A stretch of DNA of 64,000 nucleotides from an uncultured SAR86 cluster bacterium (GTDB lineage Bacteria; Pseudomonadota; Gammaproteobacteria; Magnimaribacterales; D2472), in the NCBI GenBank assembly GCA_964275585.1, contig CAXYCJ010000011.1, positions 16,270 through 80,269 of the forward strand. The letters run 5' to 3'. Below are positions 32,798-43,667 of the stretch, piece by piece. Made by a program: the position numbers and the translations under genes. Every line of letters starts with the position of its first letter. Position 1 is the stretch's first letter. The notes under the pieces were generated by a model that ran no database searches, was not told where the DNA came from, and saw only the letters and a list, made by a program, of their open reading frames with translations.

Positions 32798-34380
32798 AAC
32801 TGATTCATGGTGTTATCGTCACCAGATGCCTTAAGTGCAGCTTCTCCAGCAAAATATTCTTTATGATCATCTCCCATGTCAGAACCAGCCATATTTTGAT
32901 GTTTTACACATGCTATACCTTGACGAATCTCTTTTCTTTGAACACCTTTAACATAACCAAGCATGCCTTTGTCTCCAAAATATTCCTTAGCTAAGTTGTC
33001 TGTAGATAAAGCTGCAGTATGATAAGTGGGAAGTGTAATAAGATGATGGAAAATACCCGCATCACGGGCAGCATCTGCTTGAAATGTTTGGATTTTTTTG
33101 TCAGCCTCAATAGCTAATTCACTGGAATCGTAGGATTCATCCATGAGATTTTCTCTTTCATACGATGAAGTATCTTGACCATCTTCTGACATTAAATCAA
33201 ACACTTGCTGTCTGAAGTTTAATGTCCAGTTAAAAGATGGGCTGTTGTTATAGACTAGCTTGGCATTTGGTACTACCTTCTTAATCTCATCCATCATAGC
33301 TCCAATCTGGCCAATATGTGGTCTTTCTGTTTCAATCCATATAAGATCCGCACCATTTTGGAGGCTGGTGATTGAATCTAATATGCAACGAGCTTCACCT
33401 GTGCCTTTTTTAAATTGGTAAAGATTGCTTGGCAATCTCTTAGGTCTAACAAGTTTTCCATTTTGGTTGATGAGTACATCTCCATGATTCATTTCTTCGG
33501 TAGCAACTTCCTCAACATCTAGAAATGAATTGTATTGATCTCCTAAATCACCTGCTTCATTGGTAATAGCAATTTGTTTCGTTAACCCAGCACCCAGTGA
33601 ATCTGTTCTAGCAACTATTACACCATCATCCACACCTAATTCTAAGAATGCATACCTAACAGCATTAATTTTTGCTAAAAAATCTGAATGAGGTACAGTT
33701 ACTTTTCCATCCTGGTGGCCACATTGTTTTTCATCGGAGACTTGATTTTCAATCTGAATACAGCAGGCTCCAGCCTCAATCATCTGCTTAGCCATCAAAT
33801 AAGTTGCCTCTTCATTACCAAAGCCTGCATCAATATCAGCAATGATTGGCACTATATGAGTCTCAAAATTATCTATTTTGTCCTGAATGGATTGCTGCTG
33901 GTCCTTAGGCGCTTTGTCAAGTTCCCTGAACAAGGCAGCAAGTTCCCTTGCATCAGCTTGCCTCAGGAATGTATAGAGCTCTCCAATAAGACTGGCAACA
34001 GAAGTCTTTTCATGCATAGACTGATCTGGAAGAGGGCCAAATTCCGATCTCAGTGCTGCTACCATCCATCCAGATAGGTATAAGTACTTCTTATCAGTAG
34101 TTCCAAAATGTTTTTTTATAGATATAAGTTTTTGCTGTCCAATAAATCCATGCCAGCATCCCAAAGATTGAGTATAAGAAGTTGTATCGTTGTCATATGC
34201 CTCCATATCTTTTCGCATAATTGAGGCTGTATATTTAGCAACATCAATACCAGTTTTAAACTGATTTTGTATCGCCATTCTTGCAGCATACTGCGGCTTA
34301 ATAGAGCCCCAATTAGTCCCTTTGAAGTGGGGTATTGCCTTTAGTCTTTCAACTTCTGATGATAGTTTTAGTTTGCTCAT
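32794..34380 (-). CDS. aceA: Isocitrate lyase (Pseudomonas-type)
   Basis: ADIDAGFG, QIENQVSDEKQCGHQDGK, YNNSPSFNW. Confidence 0.96.
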   Translation of the reverse strand: MSKLKLSSEVERLKAIPHFKGTNWGSIKPQYAARMAIQNQFKTGIDVAKYTASIMRKDMEAYDNDTTSYTQSLGCWHGFIGQQKLISIKKHFGTTDKKYLYLSGWMVAALRSEFGPLPDQSMHEKTSVASLIGELYTFLRQADARELAALFRELDKAPKDQQQSIQDKIDNFETHIVPIIADIDAGFGNEEATYLMAKQMIEAGACCIQIENQVSDEKQCGHQDGKVTVPHSDFLAKINAVRYAFLELGVDDGVIVARTDSLGAGLTKQIAITNEAGDLGDQYNSFLDVEEVATEEMNHGDVLINQNGKLVRPKRLPSNLYQFKKGTGEARCILDSITSLQNGADLIWIETERPHIGQIGAMMDEIKKVVPNAKLVYNNSPSFNWTLNFRQQVFDLMSEDGQDTSSYERENLMDESYDSSELAIEADKKIQTFQADAARDAGIFHHLITLPTYHTAALSTDNLAKEYFGDKGMLGYVKGVQRKEIRQGIACVKHQNMAGSDMGDDHKEYFAGEAALKASGDDNTMNQF

Positions 34381-34511
34381 TTCATAACTCCAGATAGTTT
34401 ACGTTTATATGTAGTGCATTGGAATTTATATAGACTAAATTGTCAATAAATATTAAAAGACCGTAGATATAGTGTTTAGTTCTAAGTATTAATGTAGCTT
34501 AACTACAAAAG

Positions 34512-35864
34512 TTACGATTTTGCTAGTTTTTCAGCAGCGCCAAGATAGTTAGTTGGAGTAAGTTTTTTCAGCTTTTCTTTGGCATTAGATGAAATGTTTA
34601 AACCTCCAACCAACTCAGCATAGGAATTTTTATCTAAACTAACCCCCCGTGTTTTAAGTTTTATAATCTCATAAGCATTATCAAGACCCTCAAGCTTCAT
34701 AACGATTTGCACTGCCTCAGCTAAAATTTGCCAATTATTCTCAAGCTCATTGATAGCTTGAGTCTTATTTGGCTGGAGTTTAGTTAACCCGTTTAGAATC
34801 GATGAAAAGCCAACATATGAATGACCAAACCCAACACCCAGGTTTCTTAATACAGTAGAGTCTGATAAATCTCTTTGCAATCTAGATTTTGTAAGTTTAT
34901 TTGCGAAGAATTCCATCATCGCATTTGAGAGCCCTAAATTGCCTTCAGAATTTTCAAAATCAATAGGGTTAACTTTATGCGGCATTGTAGATGAACCAAC
35001 TTCATTTTCATTGAGCTTTAGCTTAAAAATGTCATTGGCAATATAAAGCCAAACATCTTGATTGAAATCAATTAGGATATTGTTAATTCGCTGAATGCAA
35101 TGCGCAACTTCGGCTATGGCATCGTGAGGTTCAATTTGAGTTGTAATAGAATTTTGTTCAACTTTAAATAATGATAAAAATTTCTTTGTTTGAGTTATCC
35201 AGTTTACTTTTGGATCACTAATTAAAAGCGTATGAAAATTCCCTGTGGCGCCACCAAATTTAGCTAAGGGCTTCATGCTGACTAAGTTATCTCTCTGGCG
35301 TTTTAGGCGTTCGACAAAAACCTTCATCTCTTTTCCAAGAGTGGAGGGTGAGGCAGCTTGACCGTGAGTTCTTGCTAGCATAGGGATCGACGACCAAGAC
35401 CTAGCTTTTTTATTGAGCTCTTTGATAATGGCATCAAGCTGTTTCACATAAATTAATTGAGCATCCCTTAGCAATATAGCGTAACTGAGTGAATTAATAT
35501 CTTCGCTAGTCAAAGCAAAATGGACCAAGTGTTCATACCTTTTTAGAACTGACGATTTTTTTAACTCTTCGCGAATAAAGTATTCAACAGCTTTTACATC
35601 ATGGTTTATTTTCTTTTCAATAGATTTTATTCTTTTAGCTGCTTTATCATCAAAGCTATTCTTCAGTGTCTTTAGGTTTGTAATATTAGTTTTAGATAAT
35701 GAGGGAAAACTCTTTCCGCCTTTTGAGCAGAGAAATATTAGCCATTCAATTTCAATTTCGAACCGAACTTTGTTTAGATTAGATTCAGAGAAATTTATAG
35801 CCAGATCTGTAATCTTGTTATTGTATCTATTGTCTAGAGGTGAAATTAGCTGTTCAATTTTCAT
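34512..35864 (-). CDS. purB: Adenylosuccinate lyase
   Basis: NHDVKAVEY, TSEDIN, GSSTMPHKVNPIDFENSEGN. Confidence 0.96.
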   Translation of the reverse strand: MKIEQLISPLDNRYNNKITDLAINFSESNLNKVRFEIEIEWLIFLCSKGGKSFPSLSKTNITNLKTLKNSFDDKAAKRIKSIEKKINHDVKAVEYFIREELKKSSVLKRYEHLVHFALTSEDINSLSYAILLRDAQLIYVKQLDAIIKELNKKARSWSSIPMLARTHGQAASPSTLGKEMKVFVERLKRQRDNLVSMKPLAKFGGATGNFHTLLISDPKVNWITQTKKFLSLFKVEQNSITTQIEPHDAIAEVAHCIQRINNILIDFNQDVWLYIANDIFKLKLNENEVGSSTMPHKVNPIDFENSEGNLGLSNAMMEFFANKLTKSRLQRDLSDSTVLRNLGVGFGHSYVGFSSILNGLTKLQPNKTQAINELENNWQILAEAVQIVMKLEGLDNAYEIIKLKTRGVSLDKNSYAELVGGLNISSNAKEKLKKLTPTNYLGAAEKLAKS

Positions 35865-35877
35865 AGAGTGATTATAG

Positions 35878-36972
35878 CTAGAGTTGTATCGATTTAGCTA
35901 TGATACCTCCACCTAAACATTGATTATTGGAATACAGAACGGCAGATTGACCAGGTGCTATTGCTCTAATAGGTTCTTCAAAATAAATCTCAACTTTATT
36001 TTTCTTAAAGACAGCATTACATTTAACCGGCTTTCCCCTATGTCTCACCTGGACATCGCAATCTAACGAGCTTGGTTCTTTCGAATTATTGATCCACTTC
36101 ATTGGTTCCATTATTAAGCCAGAACTCATCAGCAGAGGGTTTGATACACCTTGACAGACATATACCTCATTTAATTCAATGCTTTTATCGTAAACATACC
36201 AAGGTAATTCTGATTTATTTTTAACCCCTCCAATATTCAATCCTTGGCGTTGACCTTGAGTAAATAGAAGGGCGCCGGGATGCTTTCCGAGAATAAACCC
36301 ATCGGAGTCTTTGATATCACCAGGTTTAAATGATATAAATCTCTTCAAAAAATCTCTTAAATTTCTTTCTCCCACAAAACAAATACCGACGGAATCTTTT
36401 TTATTGTAGTTTATGAAATTATTTTCTTCTGCAATCTTTCTCACATGATTCTTTTCTAAATCCTGCAGAGGAAACAAACACTTTGCAAATTCTGACTCCT
36501 TAACCTCATGCAAAAAGTAAGTTTGATCTTTATTTAAATCACCTGCTCTCATTAGCATTGTTTTTCCATTTTCTTTTGTAAGCCGCGCATAGTGACCTGT
36601 TGCAATATGGTCAGCACCAATTTTAAAAGCATAATCAAGAAAGGATTTAAACTTTATTTCTCTGTTACACAAAACATCTGGATTGGGGGTTCTTCCTTTC
36701 TCGTGCTCTGATAAAAATTCTTTAAAAACCCTGTCCCAGTACTCATCACTAAAATTTGCTCTATGCAATGGAATATCTAATAAATCACATACTTTGGAAG
36801 CATCTGTAAAATCTACTTCTGATGTGCAAACCTCTCCTGGTTCGTTCTGCCAATTTTGCATGAATAGACCCTGAACATCATAGCCTTGTTGTTTCAATAG
36901 AAAAGCAGCCACAGATGAGTCCACGCCACCTGACATACCCACAACAACTTTTTTACCCACATTATTTAACAT
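35878..36972 (-). CDS. mnmA: tRNA 2-thiouridylase
   Basis: GMSGGVDSS, TPNPDVLCNREIKF, ATGHY, KDQTYFL, APGQSAV. Confidence 0.97.
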   Translation of the reverse strand: MLNNVGKKVVVGMSGGVDSSVAAFLLKQQGYDVQGLFMQNWQNEPGEVCTSEVDFTDASKVCDLLDIPLHRANFSDEYWDRVFKEFLSEHEKGRTPNPDVLCNREIKFKSFLDYAFKIGADHIATGHYARLTKENGKTMLMRAGDLNKDQTYFLHEVKESEFAKCLFPLQDLEKNHVRKIAEENNFINYNKKDSVGICFVGERNLRDFLKRFISFKPGDIKDSDGFILGKHPGALLFTQGQRQGLNIGGVKNKSELPWYVYDKSIELNEVYVCQGVSNPLLMSSGLIMEPMKWINNSKEPSSLDCDVQVRHRGKPVKCNAVFKKNKVEIYFEEPIRAIAPGQSAVLYSNNQCLGGGIIAKSIQL

Positions 36973-37065
36973 AAATTATCTTTTAGCCGTCTATTTAAAG
37001 GAATTTTTAGAGTATAATTCTCACCGATTTATATTATATAAGCGTTTAATCGTAAGAGGACAGCA

Positions 37066-38319
37066 ATGAGTTATAAACATATCAATATTCCTACAGAAGG
37101 CACTAAAATTTCACTAGAAAATGGGTCTCTAGTGGTTCCAGATAATCCAATCATCCCTTACATTGAAGGTGATGGTATTGGTGTGGATATTACTCCAGCT
37201 ATGATTGATGTAGTGGATAGCGCTGTAAAAGTTGCTTATAAAGGATCGAAAAAAATATCATGGATGGAAGTTTTTTGTGGTGAAAAATCTACTAATGTTT
37301 ATGATGAAGATACTTGGCTGCCTGATGAAACTATTGAAGCTTTAAAAGAATACATAGTGAGCATCAAGGGGCCACTTACCACCCCAGTTGGTGGTGGCAT
37401 TAGGTCTTTAAATGTATCTCTAAGACAGATTCTAGACTTATATGTTTGCCTTAGGCCTATCAGGTACTTTTCAGGTGTCCCGAGTCCAGTAAAAAATCCA
37501 TCGCACGTAGATATGATAATTTTCAGAGAAAACTCAGAAGATATCTATGCTGGCGTTGAGTTTGAGGCTGGTTCACCGGAAGCAGATGCAATGGTAAAGG
37601 TATTGCAGGAACAGTTTGGCGTAACTCAAATTCGTTTTCCTTCAAATGTTGGGTTAGGTGTTAAGCCAATTTCAAAACAAGGCACTGAACGGCTTGTAAA
37701 ACAAGCGATAGATTACGCAATTAAAAATAATCGCTCCTCGGTAACACTTGTTCACAAGGGTAATATTATGAAATTTACGGAGGGTGCTTTCAGAGATTGG
37801 GGGTATGAACTTAGTATGAATTCATATGGAGGAGAGTTATTTGATGGAGGCCCTTGGGTAACAATTAAAAATCCTAACAATGGAGAAAACATTGTTATTA
37901 AAGATGTTATCTGTGATGCCTTTTTACAACAAATACTTACTCGACCAAAAGAATATGACGTTATCGCTACTATGAATCTAAATGGTGATTATGTCTCTGA
38001 TGCACTTGCAGCATGTGTTGGGGGTATTGGTATAGCGCCTGGTGCAAATATAGGGGATGACTCAGCTTTATTTGAAGCAACCCATGGGACCGCTCCTAAA
38101 TATGCAGGGCAAGATAAAGTTAATCCAGGATCACTCATTTTATCTGCTGAAATGATGCTTAGACATCTTGGTTGGATTGAAGCAGCAGATCTAATTATAT
38201 CCTCAATGGAAGCAGCTATTAACGATAAAATGGTTACTTATGATTTTGAAAGATTAATGGACGATGCAAACTTAGTCTCTTGCTCTGGTTTTGCTAGGGA
38301 AATGATCAAAAGAATGTGA
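37066..38319 (+). CDS. icd: NADP-dependent isocitrate dehydrogenase
   Basis: [47 protein letters not shown]. Confidence 0.97.
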   Translation: MSYKHINIPTEGTKISLENGSLVVPDNPIIPYIEGDGIGVDITPAMIDVVDSAVKVAYKGSKKISWMEVFCGEKSTNVYDEDTWLPDETIEALKEYIVSIKGPLTTPVGGGIRSLNVSLRQILDLYVCLRPIRYFSGVPSPVKNPSHVDMIIFRENSEDIYAGVEFEAGSPEADAMVKVLQEQFGVTQIRFPSNVGLGVKPISKQGTERLVKQAIDYAIKNNRSSVTLVHKGNIMKFTEGAFRDWGYELSMNSYGGELFDGGPWVTIKNPNNGENIVIKDVICDAFLQQILTRPKEYDVIATMNLNGDYVSDALAACVGGIGIAPGANIGDDSALFEATHGTAPKYAGQDKVNPGSLILSAEMMLRHLGWIEAADLIISSMEAAINDKMVTYDFERLMDDANLVSCSGFAREMIKRM

Positions 38320-38660
38320 GGATTGTTCAATCTTCAGGAGCCGGTGCAGATTCTTCAACTGATTTAGGTACCATAGTTGTTGAAGATAAGCCTGATTTAA
38401 AAGAACCTGCAATGTATCAGGTTGTGTTACTCAATGATGACTTCACACCAATGGAGTTTGTTGTCTTCATTCTACAATCTATTTTTGGTTATGAGTATGA
38501 ACGATCAACACAAATAATGCTTGCTGTCCATACAACTGGGAAAGGGGTCTGTGGTATATTCCCTAAGGAGATCGCAGAAATGAAATCACATGAAATAAAT
38601 GAATTAGCAAAATCCCATGAACATCCTTTAATTAGTGAGATAGAGCCCTTAACAGACTAA
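38316..38660 (+). CDS. clpS: ClpAP adaptor ClpS
   Basis: [27 protein letters not shown]. Confidence 0.95.
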   Translation: MRIVQSSGAGADSSTDLGTIVVEDKPDLKEPAMYQVVLLNDDFTPMEFVVFILQSIFGYEYERSTQIMLAVHTTGKGVCGIFPKEIAEMKSHEINELAKSHEHPLISEIEPLTD

Positions 38661-40909
38661 TGTTTAGTAAAGAATTAGAACAATCCATCGCAAATTTATT
38701 TGATCAGGCACAAGATCAAAATCTAGAATACCTAACCATTGAGCATTTGCTACTTATGCTCCTTTCTGATTACGATGTAATGCAAGCCCTTGAAAGTAAC
38801 GATGTAAATTTATCTACTTTACGAAGTAATCTAGAAGAACATGTTCGAGACAATACTCCAGTTAAGGTTGAATCAAAGAAGCCTGTTCAACCAACCCTTG
38901 GTTTCCAGCGAGTTCTCCAAAGAGCTGTATTTCACGTTCAATCTTCTGGCAAGGGCGTTGTAAAGCCTATAAATTTATTGGTAGCTATATTCTCTGAAAA
39001 AGAATCTCATTCAGTGTACTTGCTCTCCAAGCAAGGTATTGGAAGGCTTGATATTGTTTCTTATATTTCGCATGGCCAAACTTCAGCCCCACAAGAGTCA
39101 GAAGCAAGTCTTGATCAAAATATTCCTCAAGATGAAGATACTCCAAGAAGTGATCTAGAGTTCTTGATTAATCTTAATGAATTAGCAGCATCTAAAAAAA
39201 TTGATAAATTAATTGGTAGGTCTGATGAGATAGAGCGAATTGTTCAGATTCTTGCTCGAAGAACTAAAAATAATCCATTGCTAGTAGGTGAATCCGGGGT
39301 AGGGAAGACTGCTATAGCAGAAGGGTTGGCGCACTTATTGAATGATAAAGCTATTCCAGATTTTCTTCATGAATCAACACTGTTTTCTCTCGATATTGGC
39401 GCATTAATTGCAGGAACAAAATATCGAGGTGACTTTGAAAAACGTCTTAAATCGGTATTAAAGTACTTAGACGATCAAACTAACCCAATTTTGTTTATTG
39501 ATGAAATTCATACAATCATAGGAGCAGGCTCTGCGTCGGGTGGAAGTTTAGATGTTTCTAATTTATTAAAACCAGCCCTCGGTAAAGGAAAATTACGCTG
39601 CATTGGATCGACTACATTCCAAGAATATCGAGGTGTTTTTAACCAAAATCAAGCATTATCGCGGAGATTTCAAAAAATTGATGTTGTAGAACCTTCGGTA
39701 GAGGACTGTATATTAATTTTAGATGGCCTCAAAGGTAATTATGAGGATCATCACAACGTTAAGTACTCAAATGAATCTATAAATTCTGCAGTCAATCTTT
39801 CTAAGAGATTTTTGAATGATAGGTTTCTTCCAGATAAAGCAATTGATTTGATTGATGAAACAGGAGCTTTAATGAATATTTCTCGAAAAAATTCAAAGAA
39901 AATTACCGTTAAACAAACTGACATTGAAAAAACTATATCTAAGATTTCTAAAATTCCAGAACAAACAATTTCTAGCCAGGAATCAATTAATTTACAAAAA
40001 CTTGAGTCTGATTTAAAAACTGTAATCTTTGGTCAAGATCCAGCAATTCTTAGCTTGGTTAATGCAATCAAACTTTCTAGGGCAGGGCTTAGAGATGATA
40101 ACAAAACAATTGGATCCTTTTTATTCGCAGGTCCAACTGGAGTAGGTAAAACAGAAATTACAACCCAACTTGCAACAATGATGGGGATTGAACTTGTTAG
40201 ATTTGATATGTCAGAGTATATGGAGAGACACACAGTGTCTAGGCTAATCGGCGCTCCTCCTGGTTACGTTGGTTTTGATCAAGGCGGCTTATTAACTGAA
40301 GCGGTTGTTCAGAATCCACACTGTGTTTTACTTTTGGATGAAATTGAAAAAGCGCACCCTGATATTTTCAATCTTCTGCTACAAATCATGGACTCAGGTG
40401 TTTTGACAGATAATAATGGCAGAAAGGCTGATTTTAGGAATGTAATAGTCGTTATGACTACTAACGCGGGTGCTGAGTTGCTAGAAAAGAAAACAATTGG
40501 TTTTAGCGACCAATCAAATGAATCTGATGCATTGCTGTCACTGAAGAAACTTTTCTCACCAGAGTTTAGAAATAGGCTAGATGAGATAATTCAATTCAAT
40601 TATCTACCGATTGAGGTAATCCTTTCAATTGTTGATAAATTCCTTACCAAACTTCAAGCTCAACTTGATGCAAGAAATGTGGAACTTATATATTCTAAAA
40701 AGGTCCTCAATTGGATAGCTAAAAATGGATACAACAAAGAAATGGGCGCAAGACCAATGGAAAGGTTTATAACAAATAAGATAAAAAAACCGCTTGTTGA
40801 TAAAGTGTTATTTGGTGATTTGAGTAAAGGCGGTCAGATTAAGGTAGATCTTAACAAGAATGAGATCAATTTTAGCGCTAAAAAGAAGATAGTTAAGTCT
40901 AGGGCTTAA
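38660..40909 (+). CDS. clpA: ATP-dependent Clp protease ATPase ClpA
   Basis: [20 protein letters not shown]; Walker A motifs GESGVGKT and GPTGVGKT. Confidence 0.97.
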   Translation: MFSKELEQSIANLFDQAQDQNLEYLTIEHLLLMLLSDYDVMQALESNDVNLSTLRSNLEEHVRDNTPVKVESKKPVQPTLGFQRVLQRAVFHVQSSGKGVVKPINLLVAIFSEKESHSVYLLSKQGIGRLDIVSYISHGQTSAPQESEASLDQNIPQDEDTPRSDLEFLINLNELAASKKIDKLIGRSDEIERIVQILARRTKNNPLLVGESGVGKTAIAEGLAHLLNDKAIPDFLHESTLFSLDIGALIAGTKYRGDFEKRLKSVLKYLDDQTNPILFIDEIHTIIGAGSASGGSLDVSNLLKPALGKGKLRCIGSTTFQEYRGVFNQNQALSRRFQKIDVVEPSVEDCILILDGLKGNYEDHHNVKYSNESINSAVNLSKRFLNDRFLPDKAIDLIDETGALMNISRKNSKKITVKQTDIEKTISKISKIPEQTISSQESINLQKLESDLKTVIFGQDPAILSLVNAIKLSRAGLRDDNKTIGSFLFAGPTGVGKTEITTQLATMMGIELVRFDMSEYMERHTVSRLIGAPPGYVGFDQGGLLTEAVVQNPHCVLLLDEIEKAHPDIFNLLLQIMDSGVLTDNNGRKADFRNVIVVMTTNAGAELLEKKTIGFSDQSNESDALLSLKKLFSPEFRNRLDEIIQFNYLPIEVILSIVDKFLTKLQAQLDARNVELIYSKKVLNWIAKNGYNKEMGARPMERFITNKIKKPLVDKVLFGDLSKGGQIKVDLNKNEINFSAKKKIVKSRA

Positions 40910-41124
40910 CGACCTCTAAAAGTTATCCTGCCTTTGGTTAGGTCATACGGAGTCATTTCAACTTTAACTTTGTCGCCTGTTAATATCCTGATGTAATGCT
41001 TGCGCATCTTGCCGGATATGTGGGCCTCGATAATATGATCGTTCTCTAATTTAACTTTAAAGGTTGTATTAGGGAGAGTCTCTATAACTTCCCCTTCGAA
41101 TTCTAAATTATCTTCTTTGGCCAT
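40906..41124 (-). CDS. infA: Translation initiation factor IF-1
   Basis: MAKED...LPNTTFKV...HISGKMR...[12 protein letters not shown]. Confidence 0.97.
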   Translation of the reverse strand: MAKEDNLEFEGEVIETLPNTTFKVKLENDHIIEAHISGKMRKHYIRILTGDKVKVEMTPYDLTKGRITFRGR

Positions 41125-41186
41125 GATCACATTTTAACTTAAATACCAATGGATTGAGCATATATACATCAATTAATATATCTATA

Positions 41187-41214
41187 ATTTAACATAATAT
41201 ATATTATGCGAAGT
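41187..41214 (-). other. Chromosomal dif site (XerC/XerD recombination site)
   Basis: Minus strand ACTTCGCATAA-TATATA-TTATGTTAAAT. The XerD arm is identical to E. coli dif; the XerC arm has the typical CGCATAA; 6-bp spacer; intergenic. Confidence 0.92.
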
Positions 41215-41317
41215 TAATTATGTTCTTTCTTCATATTATCCACTCTCTATGCCCTTTGTTGCATGGTGTTAAAACAACAAACGTGTTAATTAGTACTTTT
41301 ATAAAGGCCTTATAGAT

Positions 41318-41354
41318 ATCAAAAGGTGTACCAAGTTTTTGCTCCCCTTTTGAT
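41318..41354 (-). terminator. Possible hairpin/terminator after the MORN gene
   Basis: ATCAAAAGG...CCTTTTGAT 9-bp inverted repeat 2 nt past the stop codon; long loop. Confidence 0.3.
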
Positions 41355-41356
41355 GC

Positions 41357-42046
41357 TCAATCATCCATGAGTTTGAGAACACATTGGGCAAATCCATCAG
41401 AGCCTTTTGTCAGACCCATGTCTTCGCAGATTTTAGGGACAAACTCACCATTTAGATAATACCCAGTTTGACTTGATCCATCAGCCCAGGTGTAGGTTCC
41501 TAGACCATCTTTCTTGCCGTCTTTGTACTCACCGATGAATTTATCGCCACTGGCATGATAGTAAGCGCCCTGACCATGTTTCTTGTCGTCTTTGTACTCA
41601 CCCACGAATTTGTCTCCAGTCCACTGGCTTTCTGAACCAAAAATATATGTGGCCTGACCATTTTTATTGCCGTCTTTCCATTCGCCAACGTATTTTTCGC
41701 CATCGTCATAACTGTAAGTGCCTTGGCCATGTTTCTTGCCGTCTTTCCATTCACCGACGTATTTCTCACCATCAGGAAAGGTGTAAGTGCCCTGTCCATG
41801 CATCTTGCCGTCTTTGTACTCACCGACGTATTTATCTCCAGCCCATTGGCTTTTTGGACCATAAATATATATGCCCTGTCCGTGTCTTTTATCGTCTTTC
41901 CATTCACCCACGTATTTTGAGCCACTGTCCCATTCATAAGCACCATAACAATTATCAAAGTAACCAGATGACGGGCAGTCAGGCAAGGCAGCTGCATCGC
42001 CTACATAAAAAAGAATTATTAGTGCTGTTAGGTAGTGTTTTTTCAT
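41357..42046 (-). CDS. Secreted MORN-repeat protein
   Basis: Signal peptide, LPDCP...DNCYG, about 7 YVGEWKDGKKHGQGTY repeats; start moved to ATG 42046. Confidence 0.92.
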   Translation of the reverse strand: MKKHYLTALIILFYVGDAAALPDCPSSGYFDNCYGAYEWDSGSKYVGEWKDDKRHGQGIYIYGPKSQWAGDKYVGEYKDGKMHGQGTYTFPDGEKYVGEWKDGKKHGQGTYSYDDGEKYVGEWKDGNKNGQATYIFGSESQWTGDKFVGEYKDDKKHGQGAYYHASGDKFIGEYKDGKKDGLGTYTWADGSSQTGYYLNGEFVPKICEDMGLTKGSDGFAQCVLKLMDD

Positions 42047-42280
42047 AATCTTATCTTTATTGCGTTTTCGAGAATTGTCAAATGTATATGCGCGCAAATT
42101 TAACGAAATTAACCATATATATCGATTATAAATATCATAAGGATTACCTAGTTTTTTGATATGCTCAAAATTAAAGATTAGCTTAACAGAAGCCTTTATA
42201 CTTTGATTTAAGGCTTTAAAGTTATATTTTTGTGATCCTGGAACTACAGCACCACCAGGAACTTCAGAGATCTTTGGGAC

Positions 42281-42308
42281 AATTAACGAGCTAAATATTA
42301 TGCGAAGT
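42281..42308 (-). other. dif-like site 2 (perfect XerC arm, degenerate XerD arm)
   Basis: + strand AATTAACGAGC-TAAATA-TTATGCGAAGT, same orientation as dif. Confidence 0.7.
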
Positions 42309-42329
42309 AATATATGTTTTGACTAGCCC

Positions 42330-42454
42330 TCACCCTCTTAATAGATCTATAAAATATCCTTTGCTATCAATAACTGTTTTTTCAATAGTGAAGCCTTTAG
42401 AATGACCATTTATGAAATCAATTATAAGTCCGGCATATTCTGGACCAGCTTCTT
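42330..42454 (-). pseudogene. Remnant 3' end of a second haloalkane dehalogenase allele
   Basis: Encodes EAGPEYAGLIIDFINGHSKGFTIEKTVIDSKGYFIDLLRG*; 42406-42454 matches 42504-42552 at 45/49 nt. Confidence 0.8.
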
Positions 42455-43570
42455 ATCCATTTTAAAAATGACTTTTTGCTCTTTAGAAAATCCCCTAGGA
42501 TTGCCATTAATAAAGTCAATTATAAGTCCGGCATATTCAGGACCAGCTTCTTCCTGCAAAAAATGACCTGGGCCTTTAATAACAATTTCTTGAGCAGTTG
42601 GAATTCTTTTTAATATTTTGACCAATCGAGGATTGTTCCCAGTAACGGGGTCATTATCACTGTTTGCAATTAAAAATGGTTTATCCCATTTTTCTAAAAC
42701 CTCTCTAAAAGCTTTTTCATTTTTTCTTAATTCACTTGGAATTAAATACGGAAAAATTTGTGCTCCAGCTTTATATGTTGCATTAGGATATGGCGCTTCA
42801 TAAGCTGCCTTTTCAGCATCAGATACAGATCCTAGTGTCTGCATAACTCCTCCAACATCGATATTATCTGCATATCTAGAATATCTAATCCAGCTAGTAA
42901 AACTATTGCCACCAACAAATTCTTCCCATGTGGCTGGACCTTGCAACCATATAGTAAGTTTAAATATAGGCCCCATAACAAAACTTCTTAAATCATTAAA
43001 AAAACCCCTACCAAGGGCCATTAAACCAGTGTTTGATGCTATCACTCTTGCAAACCTATCTGGCTCCTCTGCTATGACTCTCAGTCCAACCATTCCACCC
43101 CAATCATGAATATGAGCAGTAATATTCTGCAAATCGAGTTCAACGATTAATTGAGTCATCTTATCTACATGCATTTGATGCGAATAATCTTCTATTGAGA
43201 TGTATTTGTCAGATTTTCCAAATCCAACCATGTCAGGAGCTATCACCCTATACCCTGCTTCCGTAAGAGTAGGAATCATTTTTCTAAATAAATAACTCCA
43301 AGCAGGCTCGCCATGAAGTAAAAATATAATTTCTCCATCTTTAGGGCCTTCATCTAAATAATGAATGCGAGTATCACCGATAGTTAAATAATTCTCTTCA
43401 AATGGGTAATCTTTTAGATCTATAAAACGTTTCTCTGGTGTTCTTAATATGCCTGGAGCAACTAAATTAAACCTATCATAGTTAACGTTAACTTCTGAAT
43501 TTCTTGAGTATTGAAAGATCCCTATGCAAAAAATTGTGATGAAAAATAAAATTGAAATTAACTTATTCAT
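42422..43570 (-). CDS. Haloalkane dehalogenase family hydrolase with N-terminal hydrophobic anchor
   Basis: LRTPEKRF, LHGEPAWSYLFRKMIP, APDMVGFGKSDK, HDWGG, AYEAPYP, GHFLQE; GAGG RBS before ATG 43570. Confidence 0.9.
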   Translation of the reverse strand: MNKLISILFFITIFCIGIFQYSRNSEVNVNYDRFNLVAPGILRTPEKRFIDLKDYPFEENYLTIGDTRIHYLDEGPKDGEIIFLLHGEPAWSYLFRKMIPTLTEAGYRVIAPDMVGFGKSDKYISIEDYSHQMHVDKMTQLIVELDLQNITAHIHDWGGMVGLRVIAEEPDRFARVIASNTGLMALGRGFFNDLRSFVMGPIFKLTIWLQGPATWEEFVGGNSFTSWIRYSRYADNIDVGGVMQTLGSVSDAEKAAYEAPYPNATYKAGAQIFPYLIPSELRKNEKAFREVLEKWDKPFLIANSDNDPVTGNNPRLVKILKRIPTAQEIVIKGPGHFLQEEAGPEYAGLIIDFINGNPRGFSKEQKVIFKMDKKLVQNMPDL

Positions 43571-43601
43571 TTTAAACCTCTTATAAATAATTATAACAAC
43601 A

Positions 43602-43634
43602 TAAACTATTGACATATATAATGTCAATAGTTTA
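43602..43634. promoter_or_regulatory. Perfect 14-bp inverted repeat (operator-like) upstream of the dehalogenase gene
   Basis: TAAACTATTGACAT-ATATA-ATGTCAATAGTTTA; an extended -10 TGTTATAAT lies just downstream on the minus strand. Confidence 0.6.
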
Positions 43635-43667
43635 GATAACCTTAATTAGAAATATAAAATTAGTTTA

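Noticed and set aside
42098-42322. Stop-free frame upstream of and in frame with the MORN gene (VPKISEVPGGAVVPGS...)
   Set aside because: No start codon and it crosses dif-like site 2; it may be a gene fragment or chance, and I cannot support a call.
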